64,000 nt of DNA from a virus (IMGVR_UViG_3300011116_000834:32001-96000), one strand, 5' to 3'. Positions 48,746-59,632 are shown, numbered from the stretch's first letter. Notes: a model not told the origin generated them from the letters alone. A program made the numbers and translations.

Positions 48746-49429
48746 ATGAGTTCCGTGACTTTTTCAAAAAATACACTAACAATCCTAAAGAATTTCTCGA
48801 CCTTGAATTCCAATCTCCTGGTTAAGCCAGGTAAGGTGATCAAGACAATCACGCCTTCCAAGAATGGCATGGCAGTTGCAACTGTTGACGAAGATTTTGA
48901 TGTTGAATTTGGAATCTGGGATCTAAACAAATTTCTTGGAGTGATCAGTCTTTTCAATTCTCCATCTTTCTCGTTTGGAGAGAAGAGTGTAAAGATCCAA
49001 AATGGTGGAGATTCGATTGTGAATTTCTTCTATTCGGAACCAAGACTTCTATCTGTACCCACAAAGGATGTCGTCATGCCAACGGTAACAACGACTATTC
49101 TTCTTACAGAAAAGAATTTCTCTGAACTGCAAAAAGCAGCATCGGTAATGCAACTTCCAGATCTTTCCTTCATTTCCGAAGGCAGCAAGATTGTTGCAAT
49201 GGTTTCAGATCTTGCAGATCCAACATCGAATAGTTACAAGGTAATTGTCAAGGAAAACTATAGCGGTCCTGAGTTTCTCTTCCATTTCAAGATGGAAAAC
49301 ATCAAGATTGTTCCAGGCGATTACACCGTAAACTTTGCAAAGAACATTGTAGGCGAATTTGTTCATAAGAGCATTTCGCTGAAGTACTGGTTTGCCATGG
49401 AAGCGAACACCTCCAATTATGGATCTTAA
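48746..49429 (+). CDS. gp45: Sliding clamp gp45
   Basis: 'S..TL.ILKNFS..NSNL', 'FGIWDLN.FL', 'KAA.V.QLPDL', 'FK.EN.K..PGDY.V', 'YW.A.E'. Confidence 0.95.
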   Translation: MSSVTFSKNTLTILKNFSTLNSNLLVKPGKVIKTITPSKNGMAVATVDEDFDVEFGIWDLNKFLGVISLFNSPSFSFGEKSVKIQNGGDSIVNFFYSEPRLLSVPTKDVVMPTVTTTILLTEKNFSELQKAASVMQLPDLSFISEGSKIVAMVSDLADPTSNSYKVIVKENYSGPEFLFHFKMENIKIVPGDYTVNFAKNIVGEFVHKSISLKYWFAMEANTSNYGS

Positions 49430-49431
49430 TT

Positions 49432-50376
49432 ATGAATCCTGATACTTTTTTGTGGGTGGAGAAATACCGCCCTAAGACCATTGAGGAATGTGTTCTCCCC
49501 GTATCCCTGAAGGCAACCTTCGGGGATATGGTTCGTAAGGGGGAACCACAGAATCTTCTTCTTTCGGGAACTGCTGGAGTTGGAAAGACTACAGTTGCCA
49601 AGGCACTTTGCAATGAAATGGGATCCGATTGGATCATCATCAATTGCTCTGAAGAAGGCAACATTGATACACTCCGAACCAAGATTCGGCAGTTTGCCAG
49701 CACTATCTCCTTGAGTGGAGATACCAAGAAAGTGGTGATTTTGGATGAGTTTGATTATTCAAATGCTAACAGCATTCAACCCGCTCTTCGCGGTGCTATT
49801 GAAGAGTTTGCAAACAATTGTCGGTTTATCCTTACTTGTAACTATAAATCAAGAATTATTGAACCTATTCATTCTCGCTGCACTTGTATTGATTTCGTAC
49901 TTCCTCCAGGAGAGAAACCTGCAATTGCCGCAAGAATGATGGAACGATGCATTCATGTCTTGACGCAAGAAGGGATCAAATTTGACAAGAAGGTGCTTGG
50001 TCAGTTGATCATGAAGCACTTTCCCGACATGCGGAGAATTCTCAATGAACTTCAGAGGTATTCAGTATCTGGAACCATCGATGTAGGGATTTTATCCTCC
50101 ATTGCGGAATCAGAGATCAAGAATCTGATGATTGCATTGCGCAATAAGGACTTTGGGGCGGTTCGTCGCTGGGCGGCACTCAATGCCGAGTCCTCCCCTC
50201 AGGAGGTCTATAGGAAGATCTACGATGCCTTATCAGACCATCTGGAGAACCAAAGCATTCCAGAGGCGATCCTGATCATTGGAGAAGCGCAGTATCGCAG
50301 TGCGTTCGCAGCAGACCAGGAAATCAATATGGTGGCATTTTTGGTTCAATTGATGATGTCTTGTGCTTTTAAATAA
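49432..50376 (+). CDS. gp44: Clamp loader large subunit gp44
   Basis: 'LWVEKYRP', 'GTAGVGKTT', 'ILDEFD', 'FILTCN', 'SRC', 'FPDMRR..NELQRY'. Confidence 0.97.
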   Translation: MNPDTFLWVEKYRPKTIEECVLPVSLKATFGDMVRKGEPQNLLLSGTAGVGKTTVAKALCNEMGSDWIIINCSEEGNIDTLRTKIRQFASTISLSGDTKKVVILDEFDYSNANSIQPALRGAIEEFANNCRFILTCNYKSRIIEPIHSRCTCIDFVLPPGEKPAIAARMMERCIHVLTQEGIKFDKKVLGQLIMKHFPDMRRILNELQRYSVSGTIDVGILSSIAESEIKNLMIALRNKDFGAVRRWAALNAESSPQEVYRKIYDALSDHLENQSIPEAILIIGEAQYRSAFAADQEINMVAFLVQLMMSCAFK

Positions 50377-50377
50377 T

Positions 50378-50749
50378 ATGCTTTCAGATATTCTTAATTC
50401 CATCAATCAATCCAAGGAAAATATCCTATCCAAAGATTCGCGTTTGGAGAAAGATTATGTTCCTTTTGTGATTAATAAGTGTTTTTCTTATTTTCCAGAT
50501 ACTGTTTTTTATGCCAATAAAATGAATCAAATGGCATTTTTGGATAAAAAAATGCAATATGATTACCTATTGCATTCAATTTCCAAGAGAAAACGGTTTT
50601 CTAAATGGATAAAACCCGAAGAAAACGAAAATTTGGCAATAATTAAGGAAGTATTTGGATATTCGGATCAAAAAGCAAGGGAAGTCATGGATCTTTTACC
50701 CATGAAGGAACTTCAAAAATTAGTACAAAAAGGTGGTCAAAAAAGGTAA
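50378..50749 (+). CDS. gp62: Clamp loader small subunit gp62
   Basis: 'LNSIN..K', 'Y.PF..N...S...D....AN.MN', 'KRKRFSKW.K', 'GYS..KA'. Confidence 0.93.
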   Translation: MLSDILNSINQSKENILSKDSRLEKDYVPFVINKCFSYFPDTVFYANKMNQMAFLDKKMQYDYLLHSISKRKRFSKWIKPEENENLAIIKEVFGYSDQKAREVMDLLPMKELQKLVQKGGQKR

Positions 50750-50785
50750 AACCATAAATATTTTCTGTTAATAATGGAGTTTATT

Positions 50786-51184
50786 ATGACAGAAGATATT
50801 TTTGAGGGATTGGGTGTTGAAGTTAGACTTAAGGGGGAAGAAGATTTTCTTAAAGTTAAAGAAACTCTCACCCGAATTGGAGTATCCTCCAAGTCTGAAA
50901 AAAAACTATATCAATCCTGCCACATACTGCACAAAAGAGGTAGATATGCTATCATGCATTTTAAGGAAATGTTTGTTCTTGATGGTCTGGATTCAGACAT
51001 GTCTACGGACGACCTTGGAAGACGAAACACAATCGTCAAACTCCTAGTGGAGTGGGGTTTGGTAGAAGCGGTAGATTCCGTCAAGTATGCTGAACCACAA
51101 CTTTCGCTTGCAAGACTAAAGATCATTCCTCACAAGGAAAAGAAGGAATGGACTTTGATTCCAAAGTATCACATCGGTAAGTAG
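50786..51184 (+). CDS. regA: Translational repressor RegA
   Basis: 'DFLKVKETLTRIGV.S', 'LYQSCHILHK.GRY.I.HFKE.F.LDG', 'RRNTI..LL.EWGL', 'W.L.PKY.IG'. Confidence 0.96.
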   Translation: MTEDIFEGLGVEVRLKGEEDFLKVKETLTRIGVSSKSEKKLYQSCHILHKRGRYAIMHFKEMFVLDGLDSDMSTDDLGRRNTIVKLLVEWGLVEAVDSVKYAEPQLSLARLKIIPHKEKKEWTLIPKYHIGK

Positions 51185-51211
51185 AATACATACTGGTGGA
51201 GATTCTTTATA

Positions 51212-52054
51212 ATGAAGCAAATGCAACTCATTGGCGGTGGTTTTGTTCCTCAATATTCATCATGTTCCGATCTCAAACCAAAGCAATTTGAATGGACATC
51301 TGAAGATCATCCTGTAAAGGTATTTGTCGATTCTGCAATAGTCCCAGGTATGGGATATCAGAAGAAACCAGGAGAGCGTAAAATAGCATGGGTATGCGAA
51401 TCCCGTGCTATTTTTCATTCATGGTGCATTCCTCCTGATGTTTGGGAGGCAAATATTATAAAAATTGCAGAAGCATATGACTTATTATTTGTATCAGATA
51501 AAATATGGGTCGGTAAAGCACCAAATATTCGATATTGTCCAGCAGGAAGCAATCTTCCTTGGATAAAGAATCAACAGGTTCATTCCAAGACCAAACTTGT
51601 ATCGATGGTTGCTTCTGGAAAGAAGATAACATTTGGTCATCATATTCGTCATGAAATTGCAGAAAAATTCAAAGATAAGGTTGATATCTTTGGCGGTGCT
51701 GCCAACTCAAATAGAATTGGCGGAAATTCAGCACCATGGACAGATAAAGAAGATCTAATACTTCCATATATGTTCTCAATCGTCATTGAGAATGACAAAT
51801 ATAACACATACTATACAGAGAAGGTAACCGATTGCTTTGCAACGGGAACTATACCGATCTATTGGGGAACATCTGAGATTAATGAAATCTTCAATTCTGA
51901 TGGAATAATACAATTAACTCCAGATTTTGATCCAAGTCTCTTGACAAAAGAACTTTATGAAAGTAAATTGAATGCAGTAAATGATAACTTTACTAGGGTA
52001 AAGAATCTTGTATCTGCTGATGATCAATTATATACCTTAATCCATGAAAACTGA
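51212..52054 (+). CDS. GT10-family (alpha-1,3-fucosyltransferase-like) glycosyltransferase
   Basis: 'YMFSIVIEN....YYTEK..DCF..GTIPIYWG'. Confidence 0.8.
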   Translation: MKQMQLIGGGFVPQYSSCSDLKPKQFEWTSEDHPVKVFVDSAIVPGMGYQKKPGERKIAWVCESRAIFHSWCIPPDVWEANIIKIAEAYDLLFVSDKIWVGKAPNIRYCPAGSNLPWIKNQQVHSKTKLVSMVASGKKITFGHHIRHEIAEKFKDKVDIFGGAANSNRIGGNSAPWTDKEDLILPYMFSIVIENDKYNTYYTEKVTDCFATGTIPIYWGTSEINEIFNSDGIIQLTPDFDPSLLTKELYESKLNAVNDNFTRVKNLVSADDQLYTLIHEN

Positions 52055-52706
52055 AATTGTATCATTCTATTGCGATATCGATAATCGCACATATTATAGC
52101 GATCACGCAAGAAGATTGCGTATTAATTGCAATGAAAATAATATTCCACACGATATTCGCGAATTATCATCCCGTGGAGAATATCGTTTGAATTGCCTAG
52201 CGAAACCAAATTTTATTCTTTCTATTTTGGAAGAAAAGAAGAAACCATTTGTATGGTTGGATGTCGATTCCATCATTCATAATGAACTTTCCATTTTTGA
52301 TGATCTAGATGAAAAATGTGATATAGCATTTGCATATCAAGGATTTCCTCCAAACACAAATGTAAATTTGCCAAAGGCATCTCCGATATATTTGTCATAC
52401 AAACCAATAGTATTGGAATTTATAAAATACTGGGTTGAAAGGTGCAAGGCAAATGAAAGCAATCCATCAGTAAAAGTATTTGATCATGAAATTCTACTTG
52501 GTGAAGTTTTTCCAACTTTCCTTCCAAAAATGAAAGTAGGTATGCTAGGAATGCCATATGCAATATGGCCTGGCACGCAAATACCAGAAAATTGCAGACC
52601 AATGATCACCATGGGAATTGCAGATGGGGTTTCTAAAGAAAAATCCTTAAAGGAAATGGGAATGAATGATGATATGATTCGTTTTAACTTGGTGGGAAAT
52701 CAATGA
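52044..52706 (+). CDS. Putative nucleotide-diphospho-sugar transferase (GT-A, DxD)
   Basis: 'KP.FIL..L', 'VWLDVD', 'F...W', 'DHE'. Confidence 0.6.
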   Translation: MKTEIVSFYCDIDNRTYYSDHARRLRINCNENNIPHDIRELSSRGEYRLNCLAKPNFILSILEEKKKPFVWLDVDSIIHNELSIFDDLDEKCDIAFAYQGFPPNTNVNLPKASPIYLSYKPIVLEFIKYWVERCKANESNPSVKVFDHEILLGEVFPTFLPKMKVGMLGMPYAIWPGTQIPENCRPMITMGIADGVSKEKSLKEMGMNDDMIRFNLVGNQ

Positions 52707-53296
52707 AATTCATTAATTATTATTATGATAAGGATCCAAGCAAATCCTCATTTTATGAGGATTGTTATTTGAATCTAAAAAAGCAATTGAATTCATTCGG
52801 ACACGAACTAATTGCAGATAACATTGACTTTGAAAGAATGGGATTGTCCGCTTATGATAAATTGAATTTATATAAACCAACATTTATATTGGAAAAACTT
52901 GATCAATTGCAAGAATCTGTTGCATGGATAGATGCAGATACAAATGTATATGGTGCTATAACAGAATTTCAAAATCTTGATTGTGATATTGCCTTTGCAA
53001 CACGCGAACATGATGGAAAAACACCACATGCTGCATTGATCTATTTTGGAAATACCAAAAAATCAAGAGAATTTTTAACGAGATGGAAAGAATTATGCGA
53101 TGACAAGAGATTGGATCTTGACTGGAAATGTACAGAACATTGTATTCTTGTCGATCTATTCAATGAATTAACCGATTCATTTAAAATTATAAATTTTTAT
53201 AATCTTGCAAGTATATCAAGAAATACCAAAGTAAAAATAGGTATCAGTCCTGCTGGATGGGAGTACGAAAGAAATAAAAATGCTACTAGAAGTTAA
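52703..53296 (+). CDS. Putative nucleotide-diphospho-sugar transferase, related to the upstream gene
   Basis: 'KPTFIL..L', 'AWIDAD', 'CDIAFA', 'FL..W...C'; same motif layout as 52044-52706. Confidence 0.6.
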   Translation: MKFINYYYDKDPSKSSFYEDCYLNLKKQLNSFGHELIADNIDFERMGLSAYDKLNLYKPTFILEKLDQLQESVAWIDADTNVYGAITEFQNLDCDIAFATREHDGKTPHAALIYFGNTKKSREFLTRWKELCDDKRLDLDWKCTEHCILVDLFNELTDSFKIINFYNLASISRNTKVKIGISPAGWEYERNKNATRS

Positions 53297-53396
53297 TAAC
53301 TTACTTGATGAGTATGATGTTTTTATAACATCATCTATTAAATAAGAACCAGTTGTTATAAAAATGAAATCAAATTAAATAAAAAATGAGGGTAAT

Positions 53397-54062
53397 ATGA
53401 GATATAAAGTATCAAATACTTGTCAAGTTAAAGATTTATCACTTATTTACGAAAAATATTTTAATAATGATATCGATAAAACATTCATAGAGGTTGGTGC
53501 ATTGGATGGAGAAAGTTTTAGCAATACATCATGCTTGGCGGATATTGGATGGAATGGATATTATATTGAACCATATCCACCAGCTGTACATGCTTGTTCG
53601 CAAAGACATTCTAAAAATAATGTTAAAGTGTTCAATTTAGGAATTTCAGCAACCGAAGGTGTTGTTGAATTTTTTTTTGGTGGAGCATTAACAACTAGCA
53701 ATCCAGAAATGTTAGATGCTTATAAGCAAATAAATTGGTCTTCTGGATCTTTTGCAAATGGACAAACATTTAAATGTGAATGTGTAACATTAGATTCATT
53801 TATATCTCAACAAAATATAGAAAAATTTGATTTACTTGTCGTAGATGTTGAAGGAAATGAATATGATGTGTTCAGTTCTTACTCCTTTGCGGTTAAGCCA
53901 AAGATGATTATTGCAGAATTAGAATACAATCATCCAGATTTTAAAGATAGAGATCATATTAGAAATAAAATGCTAGAAACTAGAACTAAAATTCTCAATA
54001 ATGGATATATTGAAATTTATGTTGATGATATCAATTCTATTTTTGTAATGGAGAATGATTGA
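53397..54062 (+). CDS. FkbM-family SAM methyltransferase
   Basis: 'FIEVGALDG...SNT', 'GW.G..IEP', 'TLD', 'DLLVVDVEG.E'. Confidence 0.88.
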   Translation: MRYKVSNTCQVKDLSLIYEKYFNNDIDKTFIEVGALDGESFSNTSCLADIGWNGYYIEPYPPAVHACSQRHSKNNVKVFNLGISATEGVVEFFFGGALTTSNPEMLDAYKQINWSSGSFANGQTFKCECVTLDSFISQQNIEKFDLLVVDVEGNEYDVFSSYSFAVKPKMIIAELEYNHPDFKDRDHIRNKMLETRTKILNNGYIEIYVDDINSIFVMEND

Positions 54063-54856
54063 TGATTAGTGTAATTTTGATGGGTAGAATGGGAAACAAT
54101 TTATTTCAAATTGCTGCTGCTCTTGCTCTTGCAAAAAAACACAATACGGTATTGCATATTCCGATTCCTTCATGGAATAATACTACATATTCATATTTAA
54201 ATTGTTTTAAGATGATGGATGTCCATTTTGGAAATCCTGCAAGTATGGTTTACAAGGAACAGCATTTTTTCTACAATGAACTATTTGATATCTTGCCAGA
54301 TAATGTCCATTTATATGGATATTATCAATCAGAAAAATATTTTAAATCCTATGAATCATTGATACGATCAAACTTTGAATTTAATGATACTGTTGTTCAG
54401 TCAACTAAAGCAAAATTGGATACTTATGATATTGATTACAAAGAAGCAACAGCAATTCATTTAAGAAGAACAGATTATCTTACAATTCAACATGCGCATC
54501 CTATTCCATCTTTGGATTATTATAAAGATGGATTGAAATTGATGAATGCAAAAAATGTTATTGTATTTTCTGATGACATCGAATGGTGTCGTGCTAATAT
54601 AAAGATCGAAGGTATTAATTTTATTTTTAGCGATATGCCACAAGAAGAAACCATATGCGCAATGACAATGGTAAAAAATCTAGTCATTGCAAATAGCACA
54701 TTTTCATGGTGGGGTGCCTGGTTAAATAAACATCCTGAAAAACAAGTAGTATATCCAAAACAATGGTTTGGAAATACATTACCATATAGAGAACTTGATA
54801 TAAATCATGAGGTATGCACTAAAGACATACCATGTGCTGGTTGGATAGGATTATGA
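54062..54856 (+). CDS. GT11-family alpha-1,2-fucosyltransferase-like protein
   Basis: 'GRMGNNLFQ', 'GYYQSEKYF', 'HLRRTDY', 'FSDDIEWC', 'IANSTFSWWGAWL'. Confidence 0.9.
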   Translation: MISVILMGRMGNNLFQIAAALALAKKHNTVLHIPIPSWNNTTYSYLNCFKMMDVHFGNPASMVYKEQHFFYNELFDILPDNVHLYGYYQSEKYFKSYESLIRSNFEFNDTVVQSTKAKLDTYDIDYKEATAIHLRRTDYLTIQHAHPIPSLDYYKDGLKLMNAKNVIVFSDDIEWCRANIKIEGINFIFSDMPQEETICAMTMVKNLVIANSTFSWWGAWLNKHPEKQVVYPKQWFGNTLPYRELDINHEVCTKDIPCAGWIGL

Positions 54857-55596
54857 AAAAATATCTGATTAATTATGCAGCAAAGGGGACTCATAATTGG
54901 GGAGTAAATTCTCCACCAAATGCAGGATATGTCATTGCACAAAAAATAAATAGTGAAACAGGAATACATGTTGCTGGATTTGATGAAGTTATAAATTTCA
55001 ATAGAGATTCATTACCTACATCATTTTTTCAAACCCATAGCGAGCATTTCAAGCACACCCGTGGTGCTGGATATTGGATATGGAAATCTTTTATTATAAA
55101 AACTCAATTGGAAAAAATAAATGATGGTGATTTATTGATGTATTCGGATTCTGGATGTCATTTTGTCAAAAATATGAAACCAATATTTGACATTATGATT
55201 GAAAGTAAAAATAAAAATCTAGTATTTAATTTGACAAATCCAATTTGTACTGAAAAAACATGGACAAAAAGAGATTGCCTTGTTGAATTGACTATGGATA
55301 CTCCAGAAATTCATTGCTCTCAACAAATAATGAGCACCTTTTTCATTTGCATTAAAAATGAATTCAATAAATGGTTCATAGATGAGTGGTATAAATATAG
55401 TTCAAATTTTCATTTAATTGCAGATGAAATCATATCTCCATCTACAAATCCAAATTACCCTGAATTTTCAGAACATAGACACGATCAATCGATTTTTAGT
55501 TTGCTTTCTAAAAAACATGATGTATTATCAATGAACGATATAACCCAACATGGTATGCAGGATTATTATATCGAACATTCAAGAAGAAGCAATTAA
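54853..55596 (+). CDS. Putative glycosyltransferase-like protein
   Basis: 'RGAGYW.WK..II', 'Y.DSG', 'E..WTK.D' and 'EHRHDQS..SLL', a motif set typical of glycan-locus hypothetical proteins; ATG at 54853. Confidence 0.55.
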   Translation: MKKYLINYAAKGTHNWGVNSPPNAGYVIAQKINSETGIHVAGFDEVINFNRDSLPTSFFQTHSEHFKHTRGAGYWIWKSFIIKTQLEKINDGDLLMYSDSGCHFVKNMKPIFDIMIESKNKNLVFNLTNPICTEKTWTKRDCLVELTMDTPEIHCSQQIMSTFFICIKNEFNKWFIDEWYKYSSNFHLIADEIISPSTNPNYPEFSEHRHDQSIFSLLSKKHDVLSMNDITQHGMQDYYIEHSRRSN

Positions 55597-56363
55597 TGCA
55601 AATACAAAAAGTTATTCACTCAAGTGATGATAAAGATTATTACTTGGATTTCTGGCCAATTGTATCCAAGATATGGAAATTAAAATTCAAAATTGAACCA
55701 GTACTGATTCATTTTGGAATCAAAGAAGTTTCAACTGAATATGGAACTGTCATTAGACCTGGTATTCTTCCAAATGTACCAATAAATGTACAATGTCAAT
55801 TATCAAGATATTGGTTGCCTTTAACGGAACCAGATACCATCTGGATGACCTCCGATATAGACATGCTTCCTATTTCTAAAAAATATTTTATCGATGCCAT
55901 TTCAAGCATATCTGATGATAAATTTATTTCCATGAATCATGATATACATGAACATCATCCAAATATAAACTATTCATGTTGCTATAATGTAGCAAAAGGA
56001 TCAACCTTCATGGAGATACTAAAATCTTCCCATATATGGATCGAATTCATGAAAGGTGATTTTTGGAAAAACGACAATACAAATCACAGTCCAAATGGAT
56101 TAACGGAAAAATTTCCTCATTGGTCTATTGATGAAAAATGGTCAAGTCAATTCATAAATCAATTTGATCGTTCACGGATAGTGCATCTAGCACGCGATTG
56201 CGGCAAGCATATGTGCCGTCGAATAGATAGAGATAGATGGGAATGGAATAAAGAATCAATCTTATCTGAATATTATTTCGATTGTCATTGCATTCGTCCT
56301 TATGCGAATCATAAACAAGAAATAGATGCAATTGTGGAGCATATTTTACATGATTCTATATGA
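55596..56363 (+). CDS. Putative glycosyltransferase-like protein (DxD)
   Basis: 'YLDFWP', 'SDIDMLP', 'W..DE', 'RIDR', 'D.H..RPY'; glycan-island context. Confidence 0.5.
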   Translation: MQIQKVIHSSDDKDYYLDFWPIVSKIWKLKFKIEPVLIHFGIKEVSTEYGTVIRPGILPNVPINVQCQLSRYWLPLTEPDTIWMTSDIDMLPISKKYFIDAISSISDDKFISMNHDIHEHHPNINYSCCYNVAKGSTFMEILKSSHIWIEFMKGDFWKNDNTNHSPNGLTEKFPHWSIDEKWSSQFINQFDRSRIVHLARDCGKHMCRRIDRDRWEWNKESILSEYYFDCHCIRPYANHKQEIDAIVEHILHDSI

Positions 56364-57072
56364 TGATTTTATTACTGGAGATAAATTTCTTGATATTGAA
56401 TTTTTTGGATGCAAATCTAAAATTGATTATATCTCCAGACTGCCTTCATCTTGTAGTCGTATATTGACCCATAATGGAGATCTTCCAGTAACCGACGATG
56501 CATTGAGATTATTCCATAATTTGACATCATGGTTTGGTCAAAATATAATGACTATTGATTCTAGATGCATTGCATTGCCAATTGGATTGGAAAACGATTA
56601 TGTCGAGGGTTCAATCGATAAGAAAAAATTATTATTTGCCTATATGCAAAAACATCAGGTTCCTTCAAGACTTGCTTATCTGAATTGCAATACAAAAACA
56701 TATAAAACAGATAGAGAAGATGCCTATAGTAAAATTAAAAATTGTACTAAAGTTATGCATCGTACCATCTCTAATGAGCAATACTATTCTGATATACTGG
56801 ATCACGATTTCATCATATGCCCACGCGGTAATGGATTGGATTGCCATAGAAACTGGGAAGTTCTCTATCTTAATAGATATCCAGTCATGAAACGATATCA
56901 TGGTCTTGAACTTGTATATAAAGATCTTCCTGTGGTGTTTGTAGATGACTGGGAAGAAGTCACAGAGGATTTATTGAATAAAAAGAAAAATGAATTCTTT
57001 TCTACTACTTTTAATAAAGAAAAATTAAAATTTTCCTGGTGGAAAGATTTAATTATTAATCAAATAATATAG
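56350..57072 (+). CDS. Exostosin/GT47-like glycosyltransferase
   Basis: 'THNGD', 'LPIGLEN', 'F.ICPRGNG.DCHR.WE.LYL...P', 'LP...V.DW'. Confidence 0.7.
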   Translation: MILYDDFITGDKFLDIEFFGCKSKIDYISRLPSSCSRILTHNGDLPVTDDALRLFHNLTSWFGQNIMTIDSRCIALPIGLENDYVEGSIDKKKLLFAYMQKHQVPSRLAYLNCNTKTYKTDREDAYSKIKNCTKVMHRTISNEQYYSDILDHDFIICPRGNGLDCHRNWEVLYLNRYPVMKRYHGLELVYKDLPVVFVDDWEEVTEDLLNKKKNEFFSTTFNKEKLKFSWWKDLIINQII

Positions 57073-57081
57073 GAATATAAT

Positions 57082-57672
57082 ATGAAAACTTATATGCAAA
57101 TAGGTGCAAATATTGGGACTGACGATTTTTATAATGTTTGCAATCAGGAATCAAATAAATGTAATATTTATTTGATTGAAGCTAATTCAAAATTGATACC
57201 AACTTTAAAAAAAAACTATGAATCTTTAACTTCACGCCACACTATTCATTTCCATGAATGTGGCATAGTTCCTGATAAAATCAAAAATTGTAATAAATTA
57301 TATTTGTATGATAATAATATGGATTTAAGTTCTGTAATAAATAGAAATTCTTTTCAACAAATATCAGAAATAATAAATTTTATTCCAATAACATTTAATG
57401 ATTTTTGCATTACCAATAATATAACAGAAATTGATTATCTATCAATAGATACTGAAGGATTAGATTATGAAATTCTTTTAAGTATTGATTTGAATTCAAT
57501 TAATATTAAAAAAATTGTATTTGAAAAATGGAGTTATGTGAATGATGATTTGGATGGAAAGGTCCAAACAGGAAATATTCTTATTGCTGCTATTATAGAA
57601 AAATTTAAAAATTATAATTTAAATGAATTGATAATTGATAATATGTCATCTTTTAGTTTGACACAAAAATGA
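57082..57672 (+). CDS. FkbM-family SAM methyltransferase
   Basis: 'QIGAN.G', 'LIEAN', 'IDYLSIDTEGLD..IL'. Confidence 0.82.
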   Translation: MKTYMQIGANIGTDDFYNVCNQESNKCNIYLIEANSKLIPTLKKNYESLTSRHTIHFHECGIVPDKIKNCNKLYLYDNNMDLSSVINRNSFQQISEIINFIPITFNDFCITNNITEIDYLSIDTEGLDYEILLSIDLNSINIKKIVFEKWSYVNDDLDGKVQTGNILIAAIIEKFKNYNLNELIIDNMSSFSLTQK

Positions 57673-58355
57673 AAACTATACTAGTATTAGTTCAATCTAG
57701 CAATCAATCACCATATGATGCAATGCTAGAAAAACAAAAAAATACATGGAATTTGATTTCTATTGATGGAGTATCCACAATATTTTATTATGGATCACTT
57801 GATATAGAAAATAACACACTCAATGATGATGTTTTGATTTTAAAAACTTCAGATATAAATTATAATAGAACATTTAAATTGAAACTTGCTTTAGATTTTA
57901 TCTGGAATATGAAATGGGATTATGTAATTAGAACAAATTCATCTTCTTATATTGACAAGAAACGACTATTGAATAAAATTCAAGCATTGCCTGAGAATAA
58001 ATGTTTTTTTGGAAAAACAGTTGCTGATTGTATATCAGGAATTGGAATGATTTTTAGTAGAGATGTTGTGGATATTTTAAGAAAAAACATAGATTCTAGT
58101 TTAGAAAACAATAGCGATCATGATGATGTAATGGTTGCACATATACTAAAATCAAATGGTATTCCAATTATTGGAGATGGATCATTGGTATTTTATAACC
58201 ATGATTGTAATTTTACAGATTTTATTAATTCAATTTCTCTAACAGATACAGATCCATATTGCTATAGGTGTAGACCTAATTGTGCAATAGATCAAAATAG
58301 ACATAAAGATCTAGAAGCGTTTGAAAATTTATTTAATTTTTTAAAGAACACCTAA
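57669..58355 (+). CDS. Putative GT31-like glycosyltransferase
   Basis: 'DYVIRTN.SSY', 'SG.G...SRDVV', 'DDV'. Confidence 0.5.
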   Translation: MKTILVLVQSSNQSPYDAMLEKQKNTWNLISIDGVSTIFYYGSLDIENNTLNDDVLILKTSDINYNRTFKLKLALDFIWNMKWDYVIRTNSSSYIDKKRLLNKIQALPENKCFFGKTVADCISGIGMIFSRDVVDILRKNIDSSLENNSDHDDVMVAHILKSNGIPIIGDGSLVFYNHDCNFTDFINSISLTDTDPYCYRCRPNCAIDQNRHKDLEAFENLFNFLKNT

Positions 58356-59632
58356 TGAATTCTAATTATAATATTAAAACCGAATGCAGATGTTGCAAAT
58401 CCAAGAATTTAAATGAAGTATTGGATCTCGGAGAACATCCTCTTGCAAATTCATATCATTTTGGAACGAATGATCTTGCAAGATATCCATTAAAATTAAA
58501 TGTATGCACTGATTGCTTTCATTGTCAATTAAGCATTGTTGTCAATCCAGATGAAATGTTTAAACACTATTCATATCAAAGTGGAATTCCAAAAACATTT
58601 AACAAATATTGTGAATGGTTTAGTGAATATGTTGAAGATAATATTTCCAAAATTGGTAGTGTTCTTGATATTGCATGCAATGATGGTACTCAACTAGAAA
58701 AGTTTAAAAAAAGAGGATGGAGAACATTTGGAATCGATCCTGCAACAAACTTGAAGGAAAAATCAAAACAACATGCAGAGCAAATTATTGATGATTATTT
58801 CAATATAGATTCAATCGACAAACTCTCAATAAAACAATTTGATGCAATTACTGCGCAAAATGTATTTGCTCATTTAGATGATGTTGATCAGTTTCTACAA
58901 GATTGTAAAATTATAATGACTGATAATAGTAGATTATACATTCAAACTTCTCAAGCAAATATGATAGATGATCGTCAATTTGATACGATATATCATGAGC
59001 ATTTATCATATTTCTCTGTAAGATCAATGAAGACACTTTGTGAGAGAAATAATCTTCTATTGCTTGATGTTAGTATAAATCCTATCCATGGAGAAAGTTA
59101 TATTTTTGTTATTGGAAAAACAGGCAAGATAAACCAATCTGTGAATTCCATGATTGATGTGGAATCAAAAAATGGAAGATACTTGATAGAAACATATAAA
59201 ATATATGCTAAAGCTGTATATGCAATAATAGAAAATGCTAATGCAATAATCAACCAATATATGAAAAATGGTTATTTGATTGTTGGATATGGTGCTGCTG
59301 CAAAAGCAAATACATTTTTAAATTTTTCAAAAATTAAACCACATTTTATCATCGATGATACTCCAACTAAGCAAGAAAAATTGACACCAGGCACTAATTG
59401 CATGATCATGAATAGAAAATTCATAGAAAAACTAACAAATAATGTATTGTTCATAACATTAGCATGGAATTTTCATGATGAACTGAAGAGCAATATCGAA
59501 GAATCATTGTCATATACAAAATTTGCAAAAAGATTTTCATATAAGATAATGAGATATTACCCAGACATCGAAGTATCCTCACTAAATATACGAAGCAATC
59601 CAAATTCTGAAGTATTGCATCATCCAGTATAA
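58355..59632 (+). CDS. NDP-hexose C-methyltransferase (zinc-binding N-terminus, C-methyltransferase C-terminus)
   Basis: 'CRCC...LDLG..PLAN', 'C..C...QL', 'DIACNDG', 'NVFAH', 'DTIYHEH.SYFS', 'GYGAAAK', 'LAWNF'. Confidence 0.88.
   Translation: MNSNYNIKTECRCCKSKNLNEVLDLGEHPLANSYHFGTNDLARYPLKLNVCTDCFHCQLSIVVNPDEMFKHYSYQSGIPKTFNKYCEWFSEYVEDNISKIGSVLDIACNDGTQLEKFKKRGWRTFGIDPATNLKEKSKQHAEQIIDDYFNIDSIDKLSIKQFDAITAQNVFAHLDDVDQFLQDCKIIMTDNSRLYIQTSQANMIDDRQFDTIYHEHLSYFSVRSMKTLCERNNLLLLDVSINPIHGESYIFVIGKTGKINQSVNSMIDVESKNGRYLIETYKIYAKAVYAIIENANAIINQYMKNGYLIVGYGAAAKANTFLNFSKIKPHFIIDDTPTKQEKLTPGTNCMIMNRKFIEKLTNNVLFITLAWNFHDELKSNIEESLSYTKFAKRFSYKIMRYYPDIEVSSLNIRSNPNSEVLHHPV

Noticed and set aside
53670-57215. 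T9 (53670-53678) and A9 (57207-57215) runs in the two FkbM genes as phase-variation switches
   Set aside because: Both genes are in frame, and A8 runs also occur in core genes (uvsW, regA) of this AT-rich genome; read-level length variation would be needed.
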